Shown piece after piece: positions 15,723 through 24,844 of a stretch of 48,847 nucleotides of DNA; within the stretch, counting starts at the first letter, position 1, and every line of letters begins with the position of its first letter. The position numbers were made by a program, and so were the translations under genes. The DNA is from Candidatus Saccharimonadales bacterium (GTDB lineage: Bacteria > Patescibacteriota > Saccharimonadia > Saccharimonadales > UBA10212): positions 1-48,847 of the forward strand of contig DASTHW010000006.1 in NCBI GenBank assembly GCA_035717985.1, given 5' to 3'. Below the pieces are notes generated by a model. That model searched no databases. It worked only from the letters and a program-made list of their open reading frames with translations, and was not told the origin of the DNA.

Positions 15723-17660
15723 ATGTACTACCACGAGGTGCTGATTGCCGATAGCCAATACCACAGCAAAGCCCCGCTGACTTATAGTTTCGAGCGCAAA
15801 TTGCCGGCTAATAGCGTCGTCTCAGTGAGGCTTAAAAACCGGCTAGTGACCGGCTTCGTTACCACTCATGTTAGTAAACCTAATTTCAGCGTTAAACCGA
15901 TTCAGGCTCTTTTGAGCGGCCAGCCCCTGCCCGCCCACGCATTCAAACTGGCCGAGTGGCTGAGCGATTATTATGCCTGCGAGCTGAGCGCAGTCTTAAG
16001 GCAGTTTGCGCCATCGTCTTTGACGACCGGCCAGCTGGATGAGTTAGCCGAACTGCCGGCCATTCAAACAGACATAGATTTAGACAGTCCACTAACAGCT
16101 GAACAAAAAAAAGCTATAAATTTTATAGATAACTACAAAGGAACTACTGTTTTACTGCATGGCGAAACCGCTAGCGGCAAAACTAGAGTTTATCTCGAGC
16201 TAGTTAAAACCTCTCTGAAAAGGGGTAAATCATCAATTATTTTGACACCGGAAATAGCCCTGACTACTCAATTAGAGCGTGCGGCCAAGCAGAAAATAAA
16301 AGCCGATATTTATGTACTGCACTCTCAATTGACGCCATCTAGCCGTAGAAAAATTTGGTTCAGCATTTTAACGGCCAACCGGCCTGTACTAATTATTGGT
16401 CCAAGGTCAGCCTTGTTTGCGCCGGTAGCCGATTTAGGCCTGGTGGTAGTTGATGAAGCCCACGAACCAGCCTATAAGCAAGAGCAGACTCCCCGCTACC
16501 ACGCTGTGCGCACGGCCAGCCAGCTAGGTATCATTAGCGGCGCAAAAGTTATTCTCGGCACCGCTACGCCAGCCATAAGCGATTATTACTTAGCCAGTCA
16601 AAAGTCAGCCATTGCGACCATGCAAGGAGCCGCTAAAACTAGTCAGAAAAATTTACCGATACTGGTAGTTGATAGCCGGGATAAGGCTAATTTTTCCAGG
16701 AATAGCTACATTAGCAATAAATTGATTGATGAAATTAGCACAACGTTATCTTTAGGCAAGCAAAGCCTTATTTTTTATAATCGACGCGGCTCAGCAAGAT
16801 TAATTCTCTGCCATCACTGCGGCTGGCAAGACATTTGCCCCAACTGCGATGTGCCATTGATATACCATGGCGATTTGCACAAAGTACAGTGCCATATTTG
16901 CGGCTTTAAAAAGAACCCGCCGACTGTCTGCCCGTCTTGTGGCCGGAGTGATGTAATTTATAGGGGTATTGGCACTAAAACGCTTGCCGAAATAGTCCAA
17001 AAGCTGTTCCCCGCCGCCCGCATAGCCCGCTTCGACAGCGACAGTCCTAGCGGCCAAAGGTTAAATGAAATTTACGATGAGCTAGCGGCTGGTAAAATTG
17101 ACATTTTGATTGGCACTCAACAGGTAGCCAAGGGGCTAGACTTACCAAATCTGGCTCGGGTTGGTATCTTGGGGGCCGAGACGGCCTTTACCCTGCCGGA
17201 TTACACCTCAGAAGAAAGGGCCTTCCAGCTGTTATACCAGGTGGCTGGGCGAGTAGGCCGAGGTCACGGCGACGGTATGGTTATCGTTCAGGCTTATACC
17301 CCAGATAATCCGGCTATAAAACAGGCAATTAACAGAGATTATCTAACTTTCTATAACCATATGCTCAGAGAGAGGAAGGCCTACAATTGGCCGCCTTTTT
17401 GCTATTTAGCAAAGTTAGTTTGCCGCCGGGCCAGCCCAGCCGGCGCCGAACGGGCGGCCATTAGCTTAAAAGCCAGCTTAGCCGCTCAAGGCTTGCCCGT
17501 CCAGATAATCGGCCCGACACCTGCCTTTTATGCCCGCAGAGGCAAATATTATTACTGGCAATTAGTAATTAAAGCTAAACAGCGTAGTCATCTAACCCAG
17601 CTGGCTAAAAGTGTGCCGGCTGGCTGGAGTATCGATTTAGACCCTATAGATTTACTCTAG
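15723..17660 (+). CDS. priA: Primosomal protein N' (replication restart helicase PriA)
   Basis: LLHGETASGKT, DEAH, two CxxC pairs (CHHCG, CPNC, CHICG, CPSC), IGTQQVAKGLD, QVAGRVGR. Confidence 0.97.
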   Translation: MYYHEVLIADSQYHSKAPLTYSFERKLPANSVVSVRLKNRLVTGFVTTHVSKPNFSVKPIQALLSGQPLPAHAFKLAEWLSDYYACELSAVLRQFAPSSLTTGQLDELAELPAIQTDIDLDSPLTAEQKKAINFIDNYKGTTVLLHGETASGKTRVYLELVKTSLKRGKSSIILTPEIALTTQLERAAKQKIKADIYVLHSQLTPSSRRKIWFSILTANRPVLIIGPRSALFAPVADLGLVVVDEAHEPAYKQEQTPRYHAVRTASQLGIISGAKVILGTATPAISDYYLASQKSAIATMQGAAKTSQKNLPILVVDSRDKANFSRNSYISNKLIDEISTTLSLGKQSLIFYNRRGSARLILCHHCGWQDICPNCDVPLIYHGDLHKVQCHICGFKKNPPTVCPSCGRSDVIYRGIGTKTLAEIVQKLFPAARIARFDSDSPSGQRLNEIYDELAAGKIDILIGTQQVAKGLDLPNLARVGILGAETAFTLPDYTSEERAFQLLYQVAGRVGRGHGDGMVIVQAYTPDNPAIKQAINRDYLTFYNHMLRERKAYNWPPFCYLAKLVCRRASPAGAERAAISLKASLAAQGLPVQIIGPTPAFYARRGKYYYWQLVIKAKQRSHLTQLAKSVPAGWSIDLDPIDLL

Positions 17661-17704
17661 TTTTATAGTTTTATAGTTAAGCTGGGCCCGTTATACTGTT
17701 TTTT

Positions 17705-18280
17705 ATGTCCGCTAAAGATAAAATCATCGTGCTACCAAATTCCCAGCTGAGGCAAAAGTCTCAGAAAATTACGGTTTTGACACCTGAAATTAAGCGTTTA
17801 ATCGCTAATATGAAGGCCGCCACCCTAGACTGGGAGGCTAGCCGCGAGCATGAAGTCGGCGTAGCTTTGGCGGCCATTCAGCTAGGCCAACCCTATAGGG
17901 TCATCATCATCCGTAATCATTTTGACGACAAAGAAAATCACGACTTTAGCGTTTTCATTAATCCAGAGATAGTGAAACTAGAGGGCGAGATTGAGGAAGA
18001 TTATGAGGGCTGTTTAAGCGTCCGTGACATATACGGCAAGGTCCCCCGTCACTCTAAGGTCCGCCTGCGGGCCGTCGATGAGCAGGGCCGTGAAGTAAGA
18101 GTTAAGGCTGAGGGCTTTTTAGCTCGAGTTCTACAACACGAAGTAGACCACACTAAAGGGATTATGTATGTCGATCACATAGAAGATCAGCGGTCTGCTT
18201 TTTATAAGTTGACCGATGAAGGCAAATTAGAAAGCATGGCATATAGCGATGTCCAAAAGGCTGATATTTTTCGGCAATGA
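17705..18280 (+). CDS. def: Peptide deformylase
   Basis: GVALAAIQ, EGCLS, QHEVDH motifs; TATACT 7 nt before the ATG (17692-17697). Confidence 0.97.
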   Translation: MSAKDKIIVLPNSQLRQKSQKITVLTPEIKRLIANMKAATLDWEASREHEVGVALAAIQLGQPYRVIIIRNHFDDKENHDFSVFINPEIVKLEGEIEEDYEGCLSVRDIYGKVPRHSKVRLRAVDEQGREVRVKAEGFLARVLQHEVDHTKGIMYVDHIEDQRSAFYKLTDEGKLESMAYSDVQKADIFRQ

Positions 18281-19139
18281 ACGCCTAGCTACTGGTGTTA
18301 GTACCACCACTCCCATCCTGCGCGGCCTAACCGAGGCTGGTTGGCCGGTGGCCGCAGTGGTTACTAATTACACTAACCCGCTATCAAGAAACGCTAGAGC
18401 ACTTGAAATTGCCCAAACGGCCGAGCAAAATAGCATTCCCCTGCTCACACCGCGGCGAACCGTCGAAATCAAGGATAAGCTCGCTAGTTTGAAGGCTGAA
18501 GCCGGTATTTTGGTGGCTTACGGCCAGATTATTCCTCAGGATATTATTGATATCTTCCCGGCCGGCATAATCAATTTGCACCCCTCATTACTACCGGCTT
18601 ATAGAGGCCCTACGCCAATCGAGACAGCTATTTTAGACGGCGTCAGCGAGACGGGCGTCTCGCTGATGGCCTTGCAGGCCAAAATGGATGCCGGGCCGGT
18701 TTATGCTCAAAAGCCTACCGCTGTAAAAGCTGGTATTACCAAGCAAGAGCTAGCCGACCAGCTAGCTAGCGCCGGTGCGAGTCTGCTTTTGGATAATCTG
18801 CCCGCTATTTTGGACGGTTCGATCGAGCCAAAAACTCAGGCCGAAAAGCTTGCTAGTTATACTAGCCTTATTAAAAAAGGCAGTGGACGAATAGATTGGC
18901 TGGCACCAGCGGCAGTAATTGAGCGCCAAGTGCGGGCCTACGCCGGCTGGCCCAAAAGCCAAGCTGAGGTCTTTGGCCAAAAGATTGTCATCATTAAAGC
19001 CCGAGAGGCTGAAAACGCCTCAGACGGCAGTTTAGTAATGGCCGCACGTCCTGGCTGGCTGGAAATTGAAGAGCTTATCGGCCCGTCCGGGCGGACTATG
19101 AGTGGGGCAGATTTTATAAGAGGTTACAGGCGGGCTTAA
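18249..19139 (+). CDS. fmt: Methionyl-tRNA formyltransferase
   Basis: LVAYGQII, INLHPSLLPAYRGPTPI, MDAGP, GRIDW; follows def. Confidence 0.97.
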   Translation: MSKRLIFFGNERLATGVSTTTPILRGLTEAGWPVAAVVTNYTNPLSRNARALEIAQTAEQNSIPLLTPRRTVEIKDKLASLKAEAGILVAYGQIIPQDIIDIFPAGIINLHPSLLPAYRGPTPIETAILDGVSETGVSLMALQAKMDAGPVYAQKPTAVKAGITKQELADQLASAGASLLLDNLPAILDGSIEPKTQAEKLASYTSLIKKGSGRIDWLAPAAVIERQVRAYAGWPKSQAEVFGQKIVIIKAREAENASDGSLVMAARPGWLEIEELIGPSGRTMSGADFIRGYRRA

Positions 19140-19537
19140 AGACCGCTCGTAGGCGTGTTAGGGTCAGCCGGCGGAGGCGCCTGCTGAGGCGGCTCGGCTT
19201 GGGGCGGCTGGGCCGACTGGCGGGCGCCCATAGTAGCCTCAACAATAGCCGGCGCTTGGGCCTTGATTTCACCTTTAAGCTTATTCAGCTCTTCGGCTAC
19301 GGTGTCTTTATAGTTGGGGAAATTAGTCTCCAGCCAATGCAGGGCACCCTCTTCATCGTTTTTATCAATAAAAGCTTCAAACTCATCTAGCTGGGCATCG
19401 GTCATTTTTTCGGCTAGGCGCATACCGACACGCAGTTCCAGCGTCTCATAAATATGAGCCAGCATTTTGTTCTTTTCGTCTGGCGGCAAAGACCCTAGCC
19501 CTAGCTCCTGTAACAGATTGTCATCAAGCTGAAACAT
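19136..19537 (-). CDS. DUF5663-like small acidic helical protein with Pro/Gln tail
   Basis: LDDNLLQELGLGSLPPDEKNKMLAHIYETLELRVGMRLAEKMTDAQLDEF..W L..NFPNY; family name from recall. Confidence 0.8.
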   Translation of the reverse strand: MFQLDDNLLQELGLGSLPPDEKNKMLAHIYETLELRVGMRLAEKMTDAQLDEFEAFIDKNDEEGALHWLETNFPNYKDTVAEELNKLKGEIKAQAPAIVEATMGARQSAQPPQAEPPQQAPPPADPNTPTSGL

Positions 19538-19545
19538 AACCAGTT

Positions 19546-19902
19546 TTATTGTAGCACAGGGGCCCCTTCGCCGGCCGCTTTTTGCCCAGGCTCAGCGTTC
19601 ATAACTTTATCGGTAATTGATAATGCTTGGTCGCGCATTTTTTCAGCCTCTTCGCCGATTAGCTGAGCGTAGTTTGGTACATTGTTTTTTAGCCATTCGG
19701 TTAAAGTTTGCTCGTCATAATCACCTTCGGTTAGACGGTCAAACTCCTCTAACTGCTGGTCGGATAATTGGTCGGCTACCCTCATGCCAACATTGACATT
19801 CAGCGTATAAAGAATGTTGGCTAGGGCCTCTTTTTTATCGTCGTCGCTGAGGTTCTTAAGGCCCATGGCCCCTAAAAATTTATCATCATCGGTATCTTGC
19901 AT
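19546..19902 (-). CDS. Second DUF5663-like paralog
   Basis: FLGAMGLKNLSDDDKKEALANILYTLNVNVGMRVADQLSDQQLEEF..WLKNNVPNY aligns by eye with 19136-19537. Confidence 0.8.
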   Translation of the reverse strand: MQDTDDDKFLGAMGLKNLSDDDKKEALANILYTLNVNVGMRVADQLSDQQLEEFDRLTEGDYDEQTLTEWLKNNVPNYAQLIGEEAEKMRDQALSITDKVMNAEPGQKAAGEGAPVLQ

Positions 19903-19912
19903 GCCCTTCCCC

Positions 19913-21664
19913 TTATGTCCTTAGCGTTTCTGGCACACTAAATTGATAATTGACCGGCAGGTGCCTAGCCTGCTCCCAGCTTAGACCATTCTTATTTAAA
20001 ATCTGCTGGGTAGCATCCCAAACTTCGTGGTTATTAGGCGTCCGGCCTAGCTGATTAGCTAGATCAGCCCTGGCATGATACCAGATTGTATCGCCGTAGT
20101 GTGTTAGGCTTTCGCCGTGGGATAAGCCGGGCGGGGTCCCGCCGCCGTTTTCAACTCCCGGATGCCCTAAGCCGCCATGGCCGTGTTCAACCCCTGGGCC
20201 GCCGTGGTGGCCGCCGCCGAACATGTGCTCGCCGTGGTGTACGCCGCCTTCAACGGCGTGCTCCAGATGGTGGACGCCGTCCATTACACTTGGTATTAGC
20301 TCAACACCGCCGGCGCTAAGACCAAACAGAACGCCAGAGGCCACCATGACAGCGCTACCTATCTTATTGCGCCGCTGGGCTTTTTTAATCTGCTCGTCAA
20401 CATTACCCTCAGTACTATCAATTAGTGCCAGCAGGCGGCTCTCCAGTTGGTTAGGGTCATCGCCCAATAAATTAGCCATAGTTTCCTGAAATTCTTTATC
20501 CAGGCCGCCCTTATATTTTCTAAGGTGGTTCTTGCTGTCATTCATTAAACTTGCCTTGCGGTTCATTAAGCCCATAGACAGTCTGGCCGTAGCGCCGGCG
20601 GCTAAAACAGCTAGGCCCACCCCAGCAGTACCGCTGGCTATGCCTACTGCAATTACCGGAACAGCGGCCATTAATATCTTCTTTTTCAGGCTAGCGTCAG
20701 CGTATTTTCGAAGGAATTTTCGTATAGGCCGCGTAACGACATTGCTGTTTTCAATACTATCGTTAAGTAATTGATTGTTGAGGGCCACTTCCTGATCGGC
20801 TAGCTTGGTCTGCTCTTCATAGACAAATTTAGTAATAGCTTGCCGTATAGCTTCTGGATCGATCTCTCCCGTTTCTTTTTGCATTTGCTCTTCCAGCTTT
20901 TGCCGCAGATAGCCAGCGTTAAACATAACCATGTCAAGGTATTCTTTCATGGCCTGATCATAAAGTTCTTTGTCTGCCTGGCCTCTGTCCGGCCTAAATG
21001 TAAACTTATCTCCCATCCTCCCCCTTCGGCGGATAACGATTTCTAGGAGTTTCTGGCGAGCTTCACCGAGAGCTTTTTCTATAATCTTATCGTTATTTTC
21101 TTCTTCGGTTTTTTTACGGGCCTCTTCTTCCTCCTCGGCCCTTTTTCGCTCTTCTTCCTCTTTTTTCTTCTTTTCCTCTTCATCCGGGTCTGGTTCCGGT
21201 TCAGTTGGGTCTTTTGGTTTGGGTTCAGTAGGTTCAGTGGGCTCCGTGGGCTCTTTTTTTTGCTCTAACAGTTGTTTAAGTAGCTTATTTTGCGCTTTTA
21301 GGGCACTAGCTAAGCCTTTTATAGCCTTTGTTTGCTCGTCCTGCTGGCGTTTACGCTCTTCTTGCTCTTGAGCTAGCTGGGCTCTTAACTCTTCTATTTG
21401 CTGTTTTAGCTCGGCTGTTTCACCGTTTTGCTCCGGCGCCGTTGTTGGCGTTTCGCCAGGAGCTGGGCCGGCCGGCACTTCGGCCACCGGTATTTGGCGG
21501 ACCGTCCCGGGGGCGGCTTCACCACCATTGGTCTGAGTCATAACCGGTTGAAAATTAATAACGTTACCACCGTTGTCGGGAAGATACATACCCTTGTCGC
21601 CATCATAGCGCATTGGTATAGGTTGTTCAGCGGTTTGCGTAGCCTCTGAGGCAGTTTCAGGCAT
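19913..21664 (-). CDS. Hypothetical coiled-coil membrane protein with C-terminal LysM-like domain (583 aa)
   Basis: Coiled coil, PTEP repeats, two hydrophobic Gly/Ala segments, His/Gly-rich linker, YGDTIW..A...ILNKNGL...LPVNYQFSVP LysM-like end. Confidence 0.8.
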   Translation of the reverse strand: MPETASEATQTAEQPIPMRYDGDKGMYLPDNGGNVINFQPVMTQTNGGEAAPGTVRQIPVAEVPAGPAPGETPTTAPEQNGETAELKQQIEELRAQLAQEQEERKRQQDEQTKAIKGLASALKAQNKLLKQLLEQKKEPTEPTEPTEPKPKDPTEPEPDPDEEEKKKKEEEERKRAEEEEEARKKTEEENNDKIIEKALGEARQKLLEIVIRRRGRMGDKFTFRPDRGQADKELYDQAMKEYLDMVMFNAGYLRQKLEEQMQKETGEIDPEAIRQAITKFVYEEQTKLADQEVALNNQLLNDSIENSNVVTRPIRKFLRKYADASLKKKILMAAVPVIAVGIASGTAGVGLAVLAAGATARLSMGLMNRKASLMNDSKNHLRKYKGGLDKEFQETMANLLGDDPNQLESRLLALIDSTEGNVDEQIKKAQRRNKIGSAVMVASGVLFGLSAGGVELIPSVMDGVHHLEHAVEGGVHHGEHMFGGGHHGGPGVEHGHGGLGHPGVENGGGTPPGLSHGESLTHYGDTIWYHARADLANQLGRTPNNHEVWDATQQILNKNGLSWEQARHLPVNYQFSVPETLRT

Positions 21665-21691
21665 TTTTATTTTCTTTTTACGCTTAAGCTA

Positions 21692-21720
21692 AAACTACCA
21701 GTTTGCAAACAATAGTGCAA
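21692..21720 (-). promoter_or_regulatory. Putative promoter for the 583-aa gene
   Basis: Minus strand TTGCAC, 17 bp, TAGTTT; palindrome GTTTGCAAAC in the spacer. Confidence 0.45.
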
Positions 21721-21772
21721 GGAGATTAAAGCAGTTATCCACACTGTCCTAACAGGAATAATTTTCAGCGAG

Positions 21773-23533
21773 CTAGAGAGTCCGCTGTATAGTTTGCCGG
21801 CTAAATAGCTCTAGCCGGTCATTTTCTTGGACATCTACCCTTTGCTCGGTTTTAAAACTAAGGCCGCACATTTCGCCTTTGGGTACCTCTTTAACATCTT
21901 GAGGTCCACGCTTTAAGCCGACCACTTCCAGCTCATCGGCTACTAATTTATCGTCCCGGTATAGTCTACCTAGCGCCGGGGCGGCCAACTTACCATCTGT
22001 AACTTCGCCGCCACAAATAACTTCAGTTTTTGTAATCTTAAATATACCCTTAACGGTTAATTTACCTAACTGCTGTTCTACGATCTCCGGTGCCAGGCGT
22101 GTCTCCAGTTCTTTTTTAACATCATTAATCAGCTCGTAAATCACTTTAAAGATCCGGACTGAAACTTTATCACGCAGAGCCAGTTGTTTAATCGGCTGAG
22201 GCAAGTTGACATTAAAGCCATAAATAATTGCTCCGCTGGTGGCCGCAGTGTGTACATCATTTTCGCTGATAACGCCTACACCGGAGCTGACCACCTTAAC
22301 TGCTACTTCGTCTGTGGCTAAGGCTTTTAGGCTGTCGACTACAGAAGTTAGTGAACCTTGAACATCGGCTTTAATAACCGCGTTTAATTCAGTTAATTTG
22401 GCCTCGCGGTTGATGAGTCTAATTAGTTCACTGCCGGATGTAGCCGTAGCCGGGCCGGCCGATTTGCGGCTGGCGGCCATAGCGATAGCCCGGTCTTTAG
22501 CAATTTTCTCGCTAGCCTGAACACTAAATTCATCACCAAATTCAGGAAGTGCTTTTAGGCCGGTGATGATTACCGGTGTTGACGGGTCGGCTGAAGTTAT
22601 AGACTGGCCATCGGTTGATGCTAGGGTCCGGACTTTGCCGTACGTTGCCCCCACAGTTATAAAGTCACCAGTTTTTAAAGTCCCTTGCTCTACCAAAGCC
22701 TCGGCCTCCGGGCCGCGGCCCTTTTCCATATGGGCTTCGATAACTAGGCCTTCAGCCGGTCCAGCTGACTCGGCTTTTAACTCTTCAACGTCAGCTACCA
22801 GCAAAATCATATCTAGTAGTTCTTTTAGGCCCTCTTTGGTCTTAGCCGACACCGGCATAACTATGGTGTCACCACCCCAGTCTTCCGGTAGTAGCTCATT
22901 TTCGGCTAACTGCTGTTTTAGCCGGTTAATATCGGCCTCTGGCCGGTCCATTTTATTGGCGGCTACCACCATTTTAACGCCGGCTTGGCGGGCAAAGCGG
23001 ATAGCCTCCAGTGTCTGTGGCTTTATGCCATCATCGGCGGCAATCACTATAACCACTAAGTCCGTCAGGCGAGCACCGTGCTCGCGCAGGGCGGCAAAGG
23101 CCTCATGGCCGGGCGTATCTAGAAATGTTATCAGTCGCTTATCGTGTTTTATCTGATAGGCACTTAGGTGCTGAGTAATGCCACCGGCTTCGTCTTTAGT
23201 AGTCTGTTCACCGCGGATAGCATCCAGCAGGCTGGTTTTACCATGGTCAACGTGGCCCATCATCGCCACCACCGGCGGGCGGGGCTGGCCTTTACCGCTT
23301 AAGCCTCTTTTAGGGCGGGCCTGCAGAGGCGCGGCCGTTTTTTTAGCCAATTCTACATCCGGCAGTTCAAGCTCAGACACAATTATCTGGGCAGTATCAA
23401 AATCAATCTTCTCGTTAACTGTCGCCATTATGCCGTTTTTTAACAGCTCGGCAATCAGTTTAGAGACCGGCAAAGCCAGCAGTTCGGCCAGGGCGCCAAC
23501 AGTTACAAAATCGTCGATTTCAATCCTGGCCAT
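21773..23533 (-). CDS. infB: Translation initiation factor IF-2, short form
   Basis: RPPVVAMMGHVDHGKTSLLD, DTPGHEAF, NKMD, IKADVQGS; AAGGAG SD. Confidence 0.99.
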   Translation of the reverse strand: MARIEIDDFVTVGALAELLALPVSKLIAELLKNGIMATVNEKIDFDTAQIIVSELELPDVELAKKTAAPLQARPKRGLSGKGQPRPPVVAMMGHVDHGKTSLLDAIRGEQTTKDEAGGITQHLSAYQIKHDKRLITFLDTPGHEAFAALREHGARLTDLVVIVIAADDGIKPQTLEAIRFARQAGVKMVVAANKMDRPEADINRLKQQLAENELLPEDWGGDTIVMPVSAKTKEGLKELLDMILLVADVEELKAESAGPAEGLVIEAHMEKGRGPEAEALVEQGTLKTGDFITVGATYGKVRTLASTDGQSITSADPSTPVIITGLKALPEFGDEFSVQASEKIAKDRAIAMAASRKSAGPATATSGSELIRLINREAKLTELNAVIKADVQGSLTSVVDSLKALATDEVAVKVVSSGVGVISENDVHTAATSGAIIYGFNVNLPQPIKQLALRDKVSVRIFKVIYELINDVKKELETRLAPEIVEQQLGKLTVKGIFKITKTEVICGGEVTDGKLAAPALGRLYRDDKLVADELEVVGLKRGPQDVKEVPKGEMCGLSFKTEQRVDVQENDRLELFSRQTIQRTL

Positions 23534-23559
23534 ACTGCTCCTTTGCTTAATTTACATTG

Positions 23560-24630
23560 CTATTTCTTCGCCGAGTTAACGTCTTTTAGACTCAGGGCAA
23601 TTTTGCGGTTGCTAGTATCAATTTCCAGAACTTTGAACTTTTTACGTTCGTTAAGTTTAAAGATCTCTTCAGGGTCAATGCTCTCGTCGCTACTCATTTC
23701 CGAGACGTGCACCAGAGCCTCTACCGACGGGCTTAGCTGAACAAAGGCGCCAAACGGGGTGATACGGGTAATTTTACCTTCCACAATTGAGCCTTCTTTA
23801 AACTGCTTAACCTCACTAAGCCAGGGATCGTCACTCATTTGCTTGATAGACAGGCTTAGACGGTCTTTATCGATGGAGATGATTTTAGCCTTAACCGTTT
23901 CGCCAACTTTAACGTACTTTCTGGGGTCTTCTACACGCTCCCAAGAGATTTCGCTAATGTGCACCAGCCCCTCGATACCGTCTACGTTAACGAAGGCGCC
24001 AAAGTCAATTACGCCGGTTACAACACCTTCAACCACGTCGCCCACCTTTAGTTCTGCTAGCCGCGAGGCCATATCATCGCGCACCGCCTCTTTCTCGGAG
24101 AAAATCAGTTTATTGTCTTTACGGCTAACGTCCAAAATGCGAACCCGCAGGGGCTTGCCGGTTAGAGCATTTAGTTTGGTTAAAATCTCATCCTTATCGG
24201 CATCAGACACTCTAGGGTAATGCTCGGCCGCTAACTGGCTGACCGGCAAAAAGCCGCGGATACCTTCCAGCTCTATCAGCAGTCCGCCGCGGTTAGCGTC
24301 ATAAGACGATACTTCTACAATCTCCTGCTCGTCAAAAATGCGCTGAAGCTCGCCCCAGCCACGTTCTTTGGCGGCCTTACGCAGAGACAGTAGGGCCCAG
24401 CCCTCATCCATCTCTGGTTCTACCACGCTGGCGGTTATGGTCTCACCCTCTTTTAGAGGGCTTCCGGCGGCCTCCCGGCGATATATAACACCTATACCAT
24501 TGGCGCCCAGGTCTACCCAGATTTCGTGCTTGCGCACGCTGGTGACTATTCCTTCCACCATGTCGCCGGCTTTCACCCGAGCTGGCGAGCCAGCCAGTAA
24601 ATCATCCATCGTTAAATTAGTATTTGCCAC
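23560..24630 (-). CDS. rpsA: 30S ribosomal protein S1, short form
   Basis: Repeated S1 domains (VEGVVTGVIDFGAFV, GLVHISEISW, GKITRITPFGAFV); GTG start with AGGAGG SD. Confidence 0.96.
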   Translation of the reverse strand: MANTNLTMDDLLAGSPARVKAGDMVEGIVTSVRKHEIWVDLGANGIGVIYRREAAGSPLKEGETITASVVEPEMDEGWALLSLRKAAKERGWGELQRIFDEQEIVEVSSYDANRGGLLIELEGIRGFLPVSQLAAEHYPRVSDADKDEILTKLNALTGKPLRVRILDVSRKDNKLIFSEKEAVRDDMASRLAELKVGDVVEGVVTGVIDFGAFVNVDGIEGLVHISEISWERVEDPRKYVKVGETVKAKIISIDKDRLSLSIKQMSDDPWLSEVKQFKEGSIVEGKITRITPFGAFVQLSPSVEALVHVSEMSSDESIDPEEIFKLNERKKFKVLEIDTSNRKIALSLKDVNSAKK

Positions 24631-24770
24631 TTTTCTAAAACCTCCTACCGCCGCCGCCAGCCTGGCACGGCTAGAAACGGCTGAATATTTCCGCAGGGTG
24701 CAAGCTCAGTTGGCCCGCCAAAATTTGGCGGCCATAACCTAAAAACTAGCGCACGCGCAGATTTAATTAT

Positions 24771-24799
24771 ATTTTAAGGGGCGAGAACTGTTTTGTCTA
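24771..24799 (-). promoter_or_regulatory. rpsA promoter
   Basis: Minus strand TAGACA, 17 bp, TAAAAT; implies a ~130-nt leader. Confidence 0.55.
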
Positions 24800-24844
24800 G
24801 CTAAAACTTCGGGCTGACCGATATATTTGCTTTATACTTTAAAT

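Noticed and set aside
20086-21649. Plus-strand ORFs over the 583-aa gene, and the many 60-200-aa ORFs overlapping housekeeping and giant genes
   Set aside because: Antisense or alternative-frame products of repetitive or GC-rich coding DNA with no motifs or initiation signals.
24631-24765. tRNA or SRP/6S RNA in the rpsA upstream region
   Set aside because: No cloverleaf, TΨC/D-loop consensus or SRP motif; treated as a 5' UTR.
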